A stretch of DNA of 45,476 bases from Candidatus Delongbacteria bacterium (GTDB lineage: Bacteria > UBA4055): positions 1 through 45,476 of the forward strand of contig JAQIDB010000073.1 of the NCBI GenBank assembly GCA_027858225.1. The letters are read 5' to 3'. The translations under genes were made by a program, and so were the position numbers. Positions 1 to 9,110 of the stretch are shown here, in pieces (the stretch's first letter is position 1; each line of letters opens with the position of its first letter). Under the pieces are notes generated by a model, which was given only the letters and a program-made list of their open reading frames with translations, was not told the DNA's origin and searched no databases.

Positions 1-695
1 TCGTTATCTTCCATTTGTCCTTTGTTTTCTTCAACAAATCTGATTATCTGAGAAGTTGATCCTATAAAGTCAGCTATTTCCAGAACGTCTTTAGGTGATT
101 CAGGATGAACTAAAAGCACGCAATTTGGGTGTTCATGTTTTGCAATATAGATATCTCCGATACTAAATTCATCATGAACATAGCAGTGCCCATCCCAGAG
201 AACAATATCGGCTCCTGTTACCTCTTTACAATAAGTACCTAAATTTTTGTCAGGTGTGAAAATTATTTTCTTATCCTTATAGAATTCGACAATATCCACT
301 GCATTTGCAGATGTACATACAACATCACTTTCAGCTTTAACCTCGGCTGATGAATTTATATAAGTAATTACAACTGCTTCAGGATATTTCTTTTTCATTT
401 CTCTGAGACTATCCCCATTTGCCATCATAGCCATAGGGCATTTTGCATCTTCAGCAGGAAGTATAACTTTTTTCTTTGGTGAAAGAATCTTAGCACTTTC
501 AGCCATAAAATCAACACCACAGAAAACGATCATGTCTGCATCTGTTTTAGCTGCTTCTCTGGCTAAAGCTAAGGAATCGCCTATAAAATCAGCTACAGGA
601 TGAATTTCTTGTCTTTGATAAGAATGAACTAAAATCACTGCATTCTTTTTCTTCTTTAATTCTATAATTTTTTCAATCAATTCTTCGTTATTCAT
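1..695 (-). CDS. nadA: Quinolinate synthase NadA (3' end truncated by window edge)
   Basis: Not in the ORF track. Manual translation from the ATG at 695 gives MNNEELIEKIIELKKKKNAVILVHSYQRQEIHPVADFIGDSLALAR...IVFCGVDFMAESAKILSP...CPMA...YINSSAEVKAESDVVCTSANA...GHCYVH...VHPES, the characteristic NadA motifs. Confidence 0.95.
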   Translation of the reverse strand, partial: MNNEELIEKIIELKKKKNAVILVHSYQRQEIHPVADFIGDSLALAREAAKTDADMIVFCGVDFMAESAKILSPKKKVILPAEDAKCPMAMMANGDSLREMKKKYPEAVVITYINSSAEVKAESDVVCTSANAVDIVEFYKDKKIIFTPDKNLGTYCKEVTGADIVLWDGHCYVHDEFSIGDIYIAKHEHPNCVLLVHPESPKDVLEIADFIGSTSQIIRFVEENKGQMEDN

Positions 696-746
696 AATTT
701 TGTCAATCTACTTTAATTGTTATTGTCTCATATAAATTATGGCTTT

Positions 747-775
747 AATATAAAATAGGGTATGAGTAAAGTCAA
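747..775 (-). promoter_or_regulatory. sigma70-like promoter for nadA
   Basis: Minus strand reads TTGACT-17 nt-TATATT. Confidence 0.6.
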
Positions 776-779
776 ATAT

Positions 780-1787
780 TTACTCAGATAGTCTTAAAAA
801 AGGGATTGCTTCTACATCAAGAGCTTGGAGATTTTGAGTTGGGTCTGACTGATATTTTTTATATGCGGTCATAGCAACCATGGCAGCATTATCAGTACAA
901 TATTGTGGAGAGGGATAAAATAATTTCATCTTCTTAGACCTAACAATTTTATCTAATTTACTTCTCAGCATACTATTAGCGGAAACTCCACCGGCAAGTA
1001 GAACTGTGCCACAATTATACTTCTCGGCAGCTTTTAATAATTTTTTTACCAGAGAATCAGTCACTGAATCCAAGAATGAAGCAGCGATGTTGTTAATGTT
1101 GTTTTTTAAGAATTCTTGGTCGTTCTTTTCCAGAAAAACTTTTACAGAAGTTTTTAAACCGCTAAAACTAAAATCTAAACTATCATTCATTCCTCTTGGA
1201 AATCTATGAAATTTTGTATCACCTTTAGATGCTAGTTCATCAATGATCTTACCACCGGGAAAACCAAGTCCCATCATCTTTGAAACTTTATCAATACATT
1301 CTCCGGCCGCATCATCTCTAGTCTTACCAATAAGTTCATAACTTCCAAGTTCCTTAACATATATTAACTCGGTATGACCACCGGAAACTACTAAAACTAC
1401 AAATGGTGTAGATATTTCTTTATCATGTTCAATGAAATTAGCAAAAATATGTGCTTCGATATGATTTACAGGTATAAGTGGTTTTTTCAAAGAGTAGCTC
1501 AAACCTTTTGCGGTATTTACTCCGACTAAAAGCGGACCTACTAAACCAGGACCATGTGTAACTCCAACAGCATCAATATCTTCGAGAGCTTTGTTGCTTT
1601 CTTTTAGTGATCTCTTAATTATTTCGGTGATATATTTCAAATGAGCTCGTGAAGCTATTTCAGGGATAATCCCACCAAATTCAATATGCTCGTTCTGAGT
1701 ATGAGTAACAACTGATAATATCTTTCCATCTTCTAAAACTGCTGCGGAAGTATCATCACAAGAACTTTCTATACCTAAAATTATCAT
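780..1787 (-). CDS. tsaD: tRNA N6-adenosine threonylcarbamoyltransferase TsaD
   Basis: ILGIESSCDDT, GGIIPEIASRAH, GPGL, NHIEAH metal site, VSGGHT, TRDDAAGE, FSFSGLKT, TDNAAM motifs. Confidence 0.97.
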   Translation of the reverse strand: MIILGIESSCDDTSAAVLEDGKILSVVTHTQNEHIEFGGIIPEIASRAHLKYITEIIKRSLKESNKALEDIDAVGVTHGPGLVGPLLVGVNTAKGLSYSLKKPLIPVNHIEAHIFANFIEHDKEISTPFVVLVVSGGHTELIYVKELGSYELIGKTRDDAAGECIDKVSKMMGLGFPGGKIIDELASKGDTKFHRFPRGMNDSLDFSFSGLKTSVKVFLEKNDQEFLKNNINNIAASFLDSVTDSLVKKLLKAAEKYNCGTVLLAGGVSANSMLRSKLDKIVRSKKMKLFYPSPQYCTDNAAMVAMTAYKKYQSDPTQNLQALDVEAIPFLRLSE

Positions 1788-2333
1788 TTACACTCCCAAA
1801 GAAATAAGGTCATGGATCTTCCATCTAAAGTCTGTGTCGAGAATTGTGTAATAAACTTCTTTAACTTCAAATTTTAATGTATTCGTCTTTAGTAACTCCG
1901 TAAGCTCTAATTTTGATTTGTCCAGTTTGTTTTCAGAGACAAAAGTTCCAACCGATACATGAGGAGTGTAAGGAACTAGATTAAGACCTGTCATTTGGTC
2001 TTCGAATTTATTGACGAGCATTTCATTCATTTCAAAAAGCTTTTTATTCTGTTCATTATATCCTGGACCCACCCATAAAAAATAGGGATCTGTAAAGATA
2101 TCTATTTTACCTAACTCCAATGTGAAAGGCTTAAATTTTTTTATGCACTCTACAACACTTTTTCTATTATCGGGCCATTCGGATTTGTAAAAACAACCTG
2201 GATAAATCAAAGTAATATGAGGCTTCGGCATAGGTTTGTCGGTCTCATTGAGTTTCTTTTGCCAAGATAGTATTGTTGCACTGAGTTTATCAGGTAAAAA
2301 AATAAATAATCCACCATCTCCTGGTTTCGACAT
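1788..2333 (-). CDS. 2H phosphoesterase (2'-5' RNA ligase/LigT-like) family protein
   Basis: Two HxT/S motifs (PHITL, PHVSV) with typical spacing in 181 aa. Confidence 0.8.
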   Translation of the reverse strand: MSKPGDGGLFIFLPDKLSATILSWQKKLNETDKPMPKPHITLIYPGCFYKSEWPDNRKSVVECIKKFKPFTLELGKIDIFTDPYFLWVGPGYNEQNKKLFEMNEMLVNKFEDQMTGLNLVPYTPHVSVGTFVSENKLDKSKLELTELLKTNTLKFEVKEVYYTILDTDFRWKIHDLISLGV

Positions 2334-2341
2334 TATATTCC

Positions 2342-3655
2342 TTATAATTCTTGTTCAATTTCTAAATGTTCAATTACTTCGGGTTCTCCGAGTAATGAAT
2401 CAGTCTTATCCTGGGAAAGTTCTTGTACATCTTTCAGTTTTCTTTCCATTGCTCTTGTTCTAACATCAGCCTTATCTATAACATTACTTGCTTCTTGAAG
2501 TTTTTTCTTTGTTTTCTCTAAAATATCGCCAAATTTACCAAATTCAGTTTTCACAGCTCCCAGAACTTCCCAAACTTCACTAGACCTTTTTTCTATAGCT
2601 AAAGTTCTGAATCCCATCTGTAAACTATTAAGTAAAGCAGACAGAGTTGTAGGACCGGTTAGAATAACTTTATATTTATTTTTAATCTCTTCAAACAATC
2701 CTGGTACTCTCATTACTTCAGCGAAAAGTCCTTCGATAGGTAAGAACATTAAAGCAAAGTCAGTGGTGTTTGGAGGGTCAATATATTTTTCGTAAATGTC
2801 TTTGGCACTCTTTTTCACAGCATCCTGAAATTTCTTTCGTTCCGATGTAATCTCAGGAAGATTATTATCATCAATCGCTTGATTTAGTGTCATGTAGCTT
2901 TCAACAGGGAATTTTGCATCAATAGGAAGAAAAACTGACTTACCATCTTTTTGACCGGGCATTTTTATAGCAAATTCAACTCTCTGTGTCGATCCTACTT
3001 TGGTAACAGCATTCTTCTCATATTGTTCAATGGTCAAGATCTGCTCAAGTATATTTTCAAGTTGATATTCACCCATCATACCACGAGTTTTTACATTGGT
3101 AAGAACTTTTTGAAGATCACCAACGTTATTTGCAAGGGATTGCATTTCCCCGAGCCCTTTCTGAACTTTCTCTAATCTATCACTTACAAGTTTGAATGAT
3201 TCACCCAGTCTTGTTTCCAGCGTATTATGTAATTTCTCATCTACTGTAACTCTAATTTCTTCGAGTTTTTTAGTATTGTTTTCCTGAAGATCTTTAAGCT
3301 TATTCTCAACAGATTCTCTGATCTTTTCAGTTTTTTCTTCAACTGTTTTATTCAATTCTTTCTGAATATTAACCAGATTCTCAAATTTCACTTTCAAGTG
3401 ATCATTCTGATCCTTAATATCCTTATCAAGTTTTTCTTCAAATGATTTAAACGAGTTATTCTGCTCTTCTCTGTTCTGTTTGAAAATTGTTGCATTCTCT
3501 GTTCTGTTTCTTGAGAATTCATCCTTGATCAATGATTCATTTTTTACAATCAGTTTATCAATATCTTCGGATTGAGATGAGTTTGAATTTTTTAAAAGAA
3601 CAATTATTGCTACGATAAGAGTAAGTGTGCTTGTAACTAAGATATAGATTTCCAT
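2342..3655 (-). CDS. rmuC: DNA recombination protein RmuC
   Basis: N-terminal TM anchor, coiled coil, KTRGxxGE, LPIDAKFP, PPNTTDFALMFLPIEGL, GPTTLSALLNSLQMGFRTLAIEKRSSEVW. Confidence 0.93.
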   Translation of the reverse strand: MEIYILVTSTLTLIVAIIVLLKNSNSSQSEDIDKLIVKNESLIKDEFSRNRTENATIFKQNREEQNNSFKSFEEKLDKDIKDQNDHLKVKFENLVNIQKELNKTVEEKTEKIRESVENKLKDLQENNTKKLEEIRVTVDEKLHNTLETRLGESFKLVSDRLEKVQKGLGEMQSLANNVGDLQKVLTNVKTRGMMGEYQLENILEQILTIEQYEKNAVTKVGSTQRVEFAIKMPGQKDGKSVFLPIDAKFPVESYMTLNQAIDDNNLPEITSERKKFQDAVKKSAKDIYEKYIDPPNTTDFALMFLPIEGLFAEVMRVPGLFEEIKNKYKVILTGPTTLSALLNSLQMGFRTLAIEKRSSEVWEVLGAVKTEFGKFGDILEKTKKKLQEASNVIDKADVRTRAMERKLKDVQELSQDKTDSLLGEPEVIEHLEIEQEL

Positions 3656-3756
3656 TGTGATCCTTTGTTATTAACTAAAAGATTTTAGTTTTGGTTAATT
3701 TAAAAAATAAACAGACGAATATCTATATTTATTTTCGGATAAAAACAAAAAATTAT

Positions 3757-3775
3757 CTCTCACAGAGACACGAAG
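3757..3775 (+). repeat. Degenerate dispersed motif copy 1 (CTCTCACnnnGACACGAAG)
   Basis: ctctcacagagacacgaag; 16/19 identical to 23590-23608. Confidence 0.45.
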
Positions 3776-3872
3776 ATAAGAAGAGGGCGAAAATGTAAAA
3801 ACAATAATTATTTGTCTTGTGTAAAATAATTAATTCGCTTACTTTGTACTATGCACTTTAATAGGAGGAATC

Positions 3873-6800
3873 ATGCAATTCCTTAGAACAGGAATTAAGG
3901 TCTTATTTTTATTCTCAGTTATGGTTTTATCTTCAAGAGGTTTTTTACCTCCTAAGTATGATCAGAAAATACCAATAAATATAGATAAAACTTCAAAGGC
4001 ATTTGTGCCTTATCCTGAGAATAGAGTACACAGAGCAGGATTGTTTTGGCTGAACATTACAAATAGAGGGATATTAGGAAATACAGATAAAGATTTGGAT
4101 CCGTGTACCGGAAAAACTGCACTTAGAGCTGAAATGCCGGGCGGATCGGGAGTTGATTATCTTTTTGGGGCTTCGTTATGGTTCGGAGGTTACATTGATT
4201 CGTCGCATATGAACATTGATGGAGTTGATGCCACATTATTTCAAGGTCCATTGGTTTCAACATCTGCATCTTCGTTTACCAGGTTTTATCACGAATTACA
4301 GCCAATAGGCTTTGATGAAGATCCGACAGGATTGACATTAGGAAAAATTTATGAATCATCTAATATTGAAGGTAAAATAAGTTGTTTGTTTAAAGATGTT
4401 TATGATCCAAATGCCACAGCAGCAGAGCAATTTACAACAATGTACACGGATAAATTTGTAAGTTTTAATTACACAGGTTATGATATTTACGACAAGAGAG
4501 ATCATATTCCACTAGGTATAGAGGTAAAACAAAATAGTTATGCCTGGCCTTACGATTATGCAAAAAAATTTATTATTGTTGATTACACAATTTATAATAA
4601 GAATGAAGATAAGAAAGATATATTTAATTTTTTTATGGGTGCTTTTGTTGCTCCTGAGGTTGGTATTAAAAATGAAGATTCCCCATTTTGCTTTAGAGAT
4701 GATATATGCGGTTTTATAGAAAAATGGGATAATTATTTTGATCCTGCTACGGGTGAACAAAAGTCTGTAGATCTGAATCTAATTTGGTTTGCGGATAATG
4801 ATGGTAGAAATTACCCCGATATTACAGAGAGGCTTCCAATCATCGAACCATCTGCAGGATCACCGTTGGATGGAGCAACGGGAGTATTTACTGTAAGAGT
4901 TCTAAGAAATCCAAATCCAAATCTAAGATATTCCTTTAATTTATTCAATAGCGGTTGGTTTAGTGAAAGTCTTGATTGGGGACCACATTGGAAAACAGGA
5001 CTCCACTCAGACTGGCAATATGATCTGACATCTGAACAAAAAGGTTACGATGATAACAATTATGATAATTTACTATGGGTCACAGACGAACCGCTAAATG
5101 GTGGCAGAACAGAAGGAACACCGATAGGTGATATTGGTAGATATATGGTCATGTCAAATAACGAATTCGACCATAATCAAACTTCTATAAGAGAAGTATA
5201 TCTTGGAATGAGTACACAAGTTGACGGAACACCTATCCCTCAAGTCAATAAATGGCAACCATGGATACTAGATGGAGAAGAGCAAGGAGGTGAGATTCCC
5301 GATGGTAGTGTTAGGCTATTAAATGATATTGCAAACGGAATAAATTCCGATTTACTTTTATCATTCGGGCCATTAGGTTATGAAAGTTATGTAAATGTCG
5401 CCTATGATACTGTTCAAGACACATTAACGATTCTAGATGGAGTGAAGAATCAGAAAGCCTGGAAATTTGCTTATGGTGATTCATTAAAATTAACACTTGC
5501 ATTTATGGTAAGTGAAAATTTCAATAGCTCACTAGATCAGGATCCAAATTATACTGATACTACAATCGTTGATCTATCAGATGGTCTTGATATATCATTA
5601 TACGATCAGGGATGGTATGACACGTTCTATAATGTTACCTGGGTCGAAAGGGTCTACGATATTCCTTTGTATGATACACCTGTTACAAAATATGGTGAAA
5701 CAAAAACTGACGGCTGGTACGGAGAAGATGTAGGTGAAGACGGTATGTTTGCCGATCTGATCTACGATCCAAACACATATTGCTGGTGGACAAGATCAGA
5801 TTATTCTGGTGAAGATAATGGAGAAAATGATTTTGAAATAACCGACTTCACAACACCAATAACAGATACTTACGGTCATATTGCAACGAATGAAGATGAA
5901 CTTCTGCCGTTGGGTAGGGAGCAGGTTGACAGTGAAAGAAAATACGGTATTACAGGATCTTCCGATACAGGAGAAGGTTACGGTTACATGGTAAAGTATG
6001 ATAAACTTGACGGAGCATATCCTCAAGGAACATGGGTAAGATACGGATATGATAACGGTAAACTTGATCCTGGAGACGGAGTTCCTGATTTTGCGGGACC
6101 ACCACCTCCACCATCACCGAAGATAAAAGTAAATTACGACAACAATGATGTCATAATATCTTGGTGTTCACATGAATTCTATGAGAAAGATGATGGTACA
6201 AAGGGCATCGTAGGGCCGGAATTCTTTTACGATCCATTTTCAAGAAAAAAAGATTTTGAAGGTTATCAAGTTCAAATATCAATAAAAGATCATCCAAGAG
6301 AATATGTAGAAATATTTAGTATCGATAGAATGAATTACGGATATGAAAATGTAGTTAAAGTAGGAGAGTACTTAGATAATCCTGTACCTAAAGATAGTGT
6401 TCTATCAAACCCTGAATTATTTCCACCTACAATATCGTATGTGAATAACATATTTCAACTAACTCCATTCGGAGATAACAGGTCAATGTATGACACACAC
6501 TCACATGATGAACTCTACACGTACACAGCAACACCTGATACAAGTCTAATAGACCTCTACGGAGTTATCTGGAACTATAAATTCATTTTACATAATAAAC
6601 TATATGCCAAAGAAAATTTTATTGCAGTAACAGCATCAGATTACGGAGCACCTAAAAGTGGAGTGCCCCCACTACAATCAAGTCCAAGTATGAATGGAAG
6701 ATCTATCATACCTACAAAGATCGAAGGAACGAAAGATGTTGTAGTAGTACCGAACCCTTACAGAGATGATGTGGATTATGAAGCAATGGGATGGGAGAAT

Positions 6801-7085
6801 ACTGATGGCGGACAATGGTTTGAGCAGGACAGGAAAATAGTGTTTATGAATCTTCCGGAAAAGTGCGTATTACGGATATATACATTAGCTGGTGATCTTG
6901 TTAAGACCATCGGGCATAACGGAAATGCAAGAGATGGTGTAAGGTATCAGTACGGTGATTATGGTGTTTCATGGGATCTTATAAATGAAAATCAGCAGGC
7001 TGTTGTATCAGGTATTTATCTTTTCAGTGTTCAGGCTGTAGATTCAGATTATGAATTTGTCGGAAAATTTGTTGTAATAAAATAG
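3873..7085 (+). CDS. Large secreted protein with FlgD-Ig/T9SS-like C-terminal domain; paralog of 14843-18103
   Basis: AGGAGG SD, signal-peptide-like N-terminus, GDGVPDFAGPPPPPSP linker, FN3-like segment, C-terminal VVPNPY...IYTLAGDLVKTI...WDLINEN...SGIYLFSV...KFVVIK. Collinear with 14843-18103. Confidence 0.8.
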   Translation: MQFLRTGIKVLFLFSVMVLSSRGFLPPKYDQKIPINIDKTSKAFVPYPENRVHRAGLFWLNITNRGILGNTDKDLDPCTGKTALRAEMPGGSGVDYLFGASLWFGGYIDSSHMNIDGVDATLFQGPLVSTSASSFTRFYHELQPIGFDEDPTGLTLGKIYESSNIEGKISCLFKDVYDPNATAAEQFTTMYTDKFVSFNYTGYDIYDKRDHIPLGIEVKQNSYAWPYDYAKKFIIVDYTIYNKNEDKKDIFNFFMGAFVAPEVGIKNEDSPFCFRDDICGFIEKWDNYFDPATGEQKSVDLNLIWFADNDGRNYPDITERLPIIEPSAGSPLDGATGVFTVRVLRNPNPNLRYSFNLFNSGWFSESLDWGPHWKTGLHSDWQYDLTSEQKGYDDNNYDNLLWVTDEPLNGGRTEGTPIGDIGRYMVMSNNEFDHNQTSIREVYLGMSTQVDGTPIPQVNKWQPWILDGEEQGGEIPDGSVRLLNDIANGINSDLLLSFGPLGYESYVNVAYDTVQDTLTILDGVKNQKAWKFAYGDSLKLTLAFMVSENFNSSLDQDPNYTDTTIVDLSDGLDISLYDQGWYDTFYNVTWVERVYDIPLYDTPVTKYGETKTDGWYGEDVGEDGMFADLIYDPNTYCWWTRSDYSGEDNGENDFEITDFTTPITDTYGHIATNEDELLPLGREQVDSERKYGITGSSDTGEGYGYMVKYDKLDGAYPQGTWVRYGYDNGKLDPGDGVPDFAGPPPPPSPKIKVNYDNNDVIISWCSHEFYEKDDGTKGIVGPEFFYDPFSRKKDFEGYQVQISIKDHPREYVEIFSIDRMNYGYENVVKVGEYLDNPVPKDSVLSNPELFPPTISYVNNIFQLTPFGDNRSMYDTHSHDELYTYTATPDTSLIDLYGVIWNYKFILHNKLYAKENFIAVTASDYGAPKSGVPPLQSSPSMNGRSIIPTKIEGTKDVVVVPNPYRDDVDYEAMGWENTDGGQWFEQDRKIVFMNLPEKCVLRIYTLAGDLVKTIGHNGNARDGVRYQYGDYGVSWDLINENQQAVVSGIYLFSVQAVDSDYEFVGKFVVIK

Positions 7086-7098
7086 CGAATTATTTGTC

Positions 7099-7127
7099 TT
7101 GAAACATCTTTTAAATATACGTATCAT
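7099..7127 (+). promoter_or_regulatory. sigma70-like promoter directly upstream of the 7136 start (possibly leaderless mRNA)
   Basis: TTGAAA-17 nt-TATCAT, 8 nt before the ATG; no SD. Confidence 0.45.
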
Positions 7128-7135
7128 TCACTTCT

Positions 7136-9079
7136 ATGAAAAAGATATTCAAATTTGAAGCAAAGCAACTTTTAAGAGATAAGAAAACGATATTTTTTGT
7201 TTTTATCTTACCATTGATAGTATTTCCATTATTGAATGGAGTTCTCAATAAAGTTGTCGAATCAAGAATGGAAAGTATTTTTGAGCAGAAAGCAACTGTG
7301 ATTGTTCAAAGAGATTCTTTGGCTGAGGAAGTTCTATCAAAGTTTAATGCAGAACAAGACACAACTTTTTTAATTGAATATGTTGAAAAATTAGGTGACT
7401 TGGATTCACTCTTGAAAGAATATCCTGCCGCGATAAATGTAGAAAGAGACTCTATCGGGGTTGCCACTTTTAAAGTCCATTACTCAGCAAAGAACGATAA
7501 GAATAGTATCAAAGCAAAACAGATCTCAAAGAAAATATATGCACTCAGAGACAGTATTCGCTCAGAAAGATATAAAGGAATAGGCATAAATGAATACAGA
7601 GTGAATGAAAAGATCGATTCATTCAATACTTCTTCCGCTGAAGAGATGCAAAATTCTCGACACTCTATGATGTTACCGGTATCGTTGATATTGATATTGA
7701 TGGTTGGAACATTTATGATATCGAACTATGTTATTCTCGGAGAAAAAGATAATAATACGCTTGAATCCTTATTAGCAAGCGGGGTGGATAGGAGAGATAT
7801 AATTTTCGGAAAGCTAGGAATAATATTCTTGGCAGGAATTTTAATGTCATTTTTAGAAATGATATCTTTTGCGGTCTATGGTCATTTTGCAGGTATCTTT
7901 AACTTTGGTATTTCATTTAGTACGAGTAATGTTTTTATACTGATTTTATTAATAATATCCGTTACAACACTAATAGCTTCAATTTCCACATTTACTTCGT
8001 GTAAAATAAAGTCATCCACGGCTGGACAACTTTTATTTATGCCTATAATGATCGTTTATTTATTGCTCACATTATTAGGTACTTTCGAAGGAGTTGAGAT
8101 CAAAAGAGGATTGTTGTTTATTCCAATAATAAACTCTGCTGGAATTATTAAATCTGTTTTAGTGGATAAACTAGTAATGTTAGATGGTTTGATTGTAATC
8201 GTAGTGAATTTTGTATATTCAGTATTCGTAATAAATTTAAGTTCGGCTTATCTTAATAGTGAAGCTATTCTAAAAACAGATTCTGACTTGAAAGATTCTG
8301 AAAATACTTACTCACCCGGTATGGTATTTACATTATTTGGTCTTTTGATAGTAGCATATATGTTAATAGGTGGATATTTGCAGGGAAGGGATATTGTTTC
8401 AGGATTGATCTATTCTCAAGTAGGCATTTTGGGTCTTTTCATAGCTATAATGCTGAAAATGAATGGTGTGAACTTTAAGGAAGTTCTCAAACTGAAAAAA
8501 TTCAATCCGATTTATTTACTTATTGCACTATTTTTTGGGATCTTCGCTAGATATCCAATTTCTATAGTGAAAGAAGGTTTTTTCTATTTTTTCCCAATAC
8601 CAAGGATTATCGAAAATGCAAATCTTCTTCAAACCGGATTGGGAGATTTAAGTCAGTGGCAGTTGATCGCAGTAATTGCTATCTTGCCAGCTATTTTTGA
8701 AGAATTTACTTTCCGTGGGATTTTTCTCTATATGCTGGAAAAGAAATACTCTTTTATCAAAGCTTCAGTTGTGGTAGGTTTAATGTTTGGTGTTATGCAC
8801 CTTAATGTGTTTACATTATTAGAAACTGCATTGCTCGGAATAATACTAACCATGATAACCTTAAGGTCAGGATCAATAATTCCTGCGATAATATTCCATT
8901 TTGCAAATAATGCTTATTCAATAATTCTGATGAAAATGATTGAAGATGATATTATCAGTGAAGAAAAACTATCTTTTTTAGAAGCTGATTGGCTTTCTTA
9001 TTCCGCTTCAATCGTAGTATTCGGAGTTATTGCGTATATGGTTCAGGGTGGAATGCCATCTATAAAAAATAAAATTTAG
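7136..9079 (+). CDS. ABC-2/NatB-type permease fused to CPBP (CAAX/Abi) intramembrane protease
   Basis: LLRDKKT N-terminus, large extracytoplasmic loop, GEKDNNTLESLLAS...IIFGKL permease motif. C-terminal FEEFTFRG, FGVMH, HFANN CPBP motifs. Confidence 0.85.
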   Translation: MKKIFKFEAKQLLRDKKTIFFVFILPLIVFPLLNGVLNKVVESRMESIFEQKATVIVQRDSLAEEVLSKFNAEQDTTFLIEYVEKLGDLDSLLKEYPAAINVERDSIGVATFKVHYSAKNDKNSIKAKQISKKIYALRDSIRSERYKGIGINEYRVNEKIDSFNTSSAEEMQNSRHSMMLPVSLILILMVGTFMISNYVILGEKDNNTLESLLASGVDRRDIIFGKLGIIFLAGILMSFLEMISFAVYGHFAGIFNFGISFSTSNVFILILLIISVTTLIASISTFTSCKIKSSTAGQLLFMPIMIVYLLLTLLGTFEGVEIKRGLLFIPIINSAGIIKSVLVDKLVMLDGLIVIVVNFVYSVFVINLSSAYLNSEAILKTDSDLKDSENTYSPGMVFTLFGLLIVAYMLIGGYLQGRDIVSGLIYSQVGILGLFIAIMLKMNGVNFKEVLKLKKFNPIYLLIALFFGIFARYPISIVKEGFFYFFPIPRIIENANLLQTGLGDLSQWQLIAVIAILPAIFEEFTFRGIFLYMLEKKYSFIKASVVVGLMFGVMHLNVFTLLETALLGIILTMITLRSGSIIPAIIFHFANNAYSIILMKMIEDDIISEEKLSFLEADWLSYSASIVVFGVIAYMVQGGMPSIKNKI

Positions 9080-9102
9080 GAACGCATTCCTGCGTTCCCT
9101 AC
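9077..9102. terminator. GC-rich hairpin between convergent genes; GTAG-type REP-like palindrome
   Basis: ggaacgca-ttcc-tgcgttcc stem; minus strand reads GTAGGGAACGCAGGAATGCGTTCCTA. Confidence 0.55.
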
Positions 9103-9110
9103 AAATTTAA

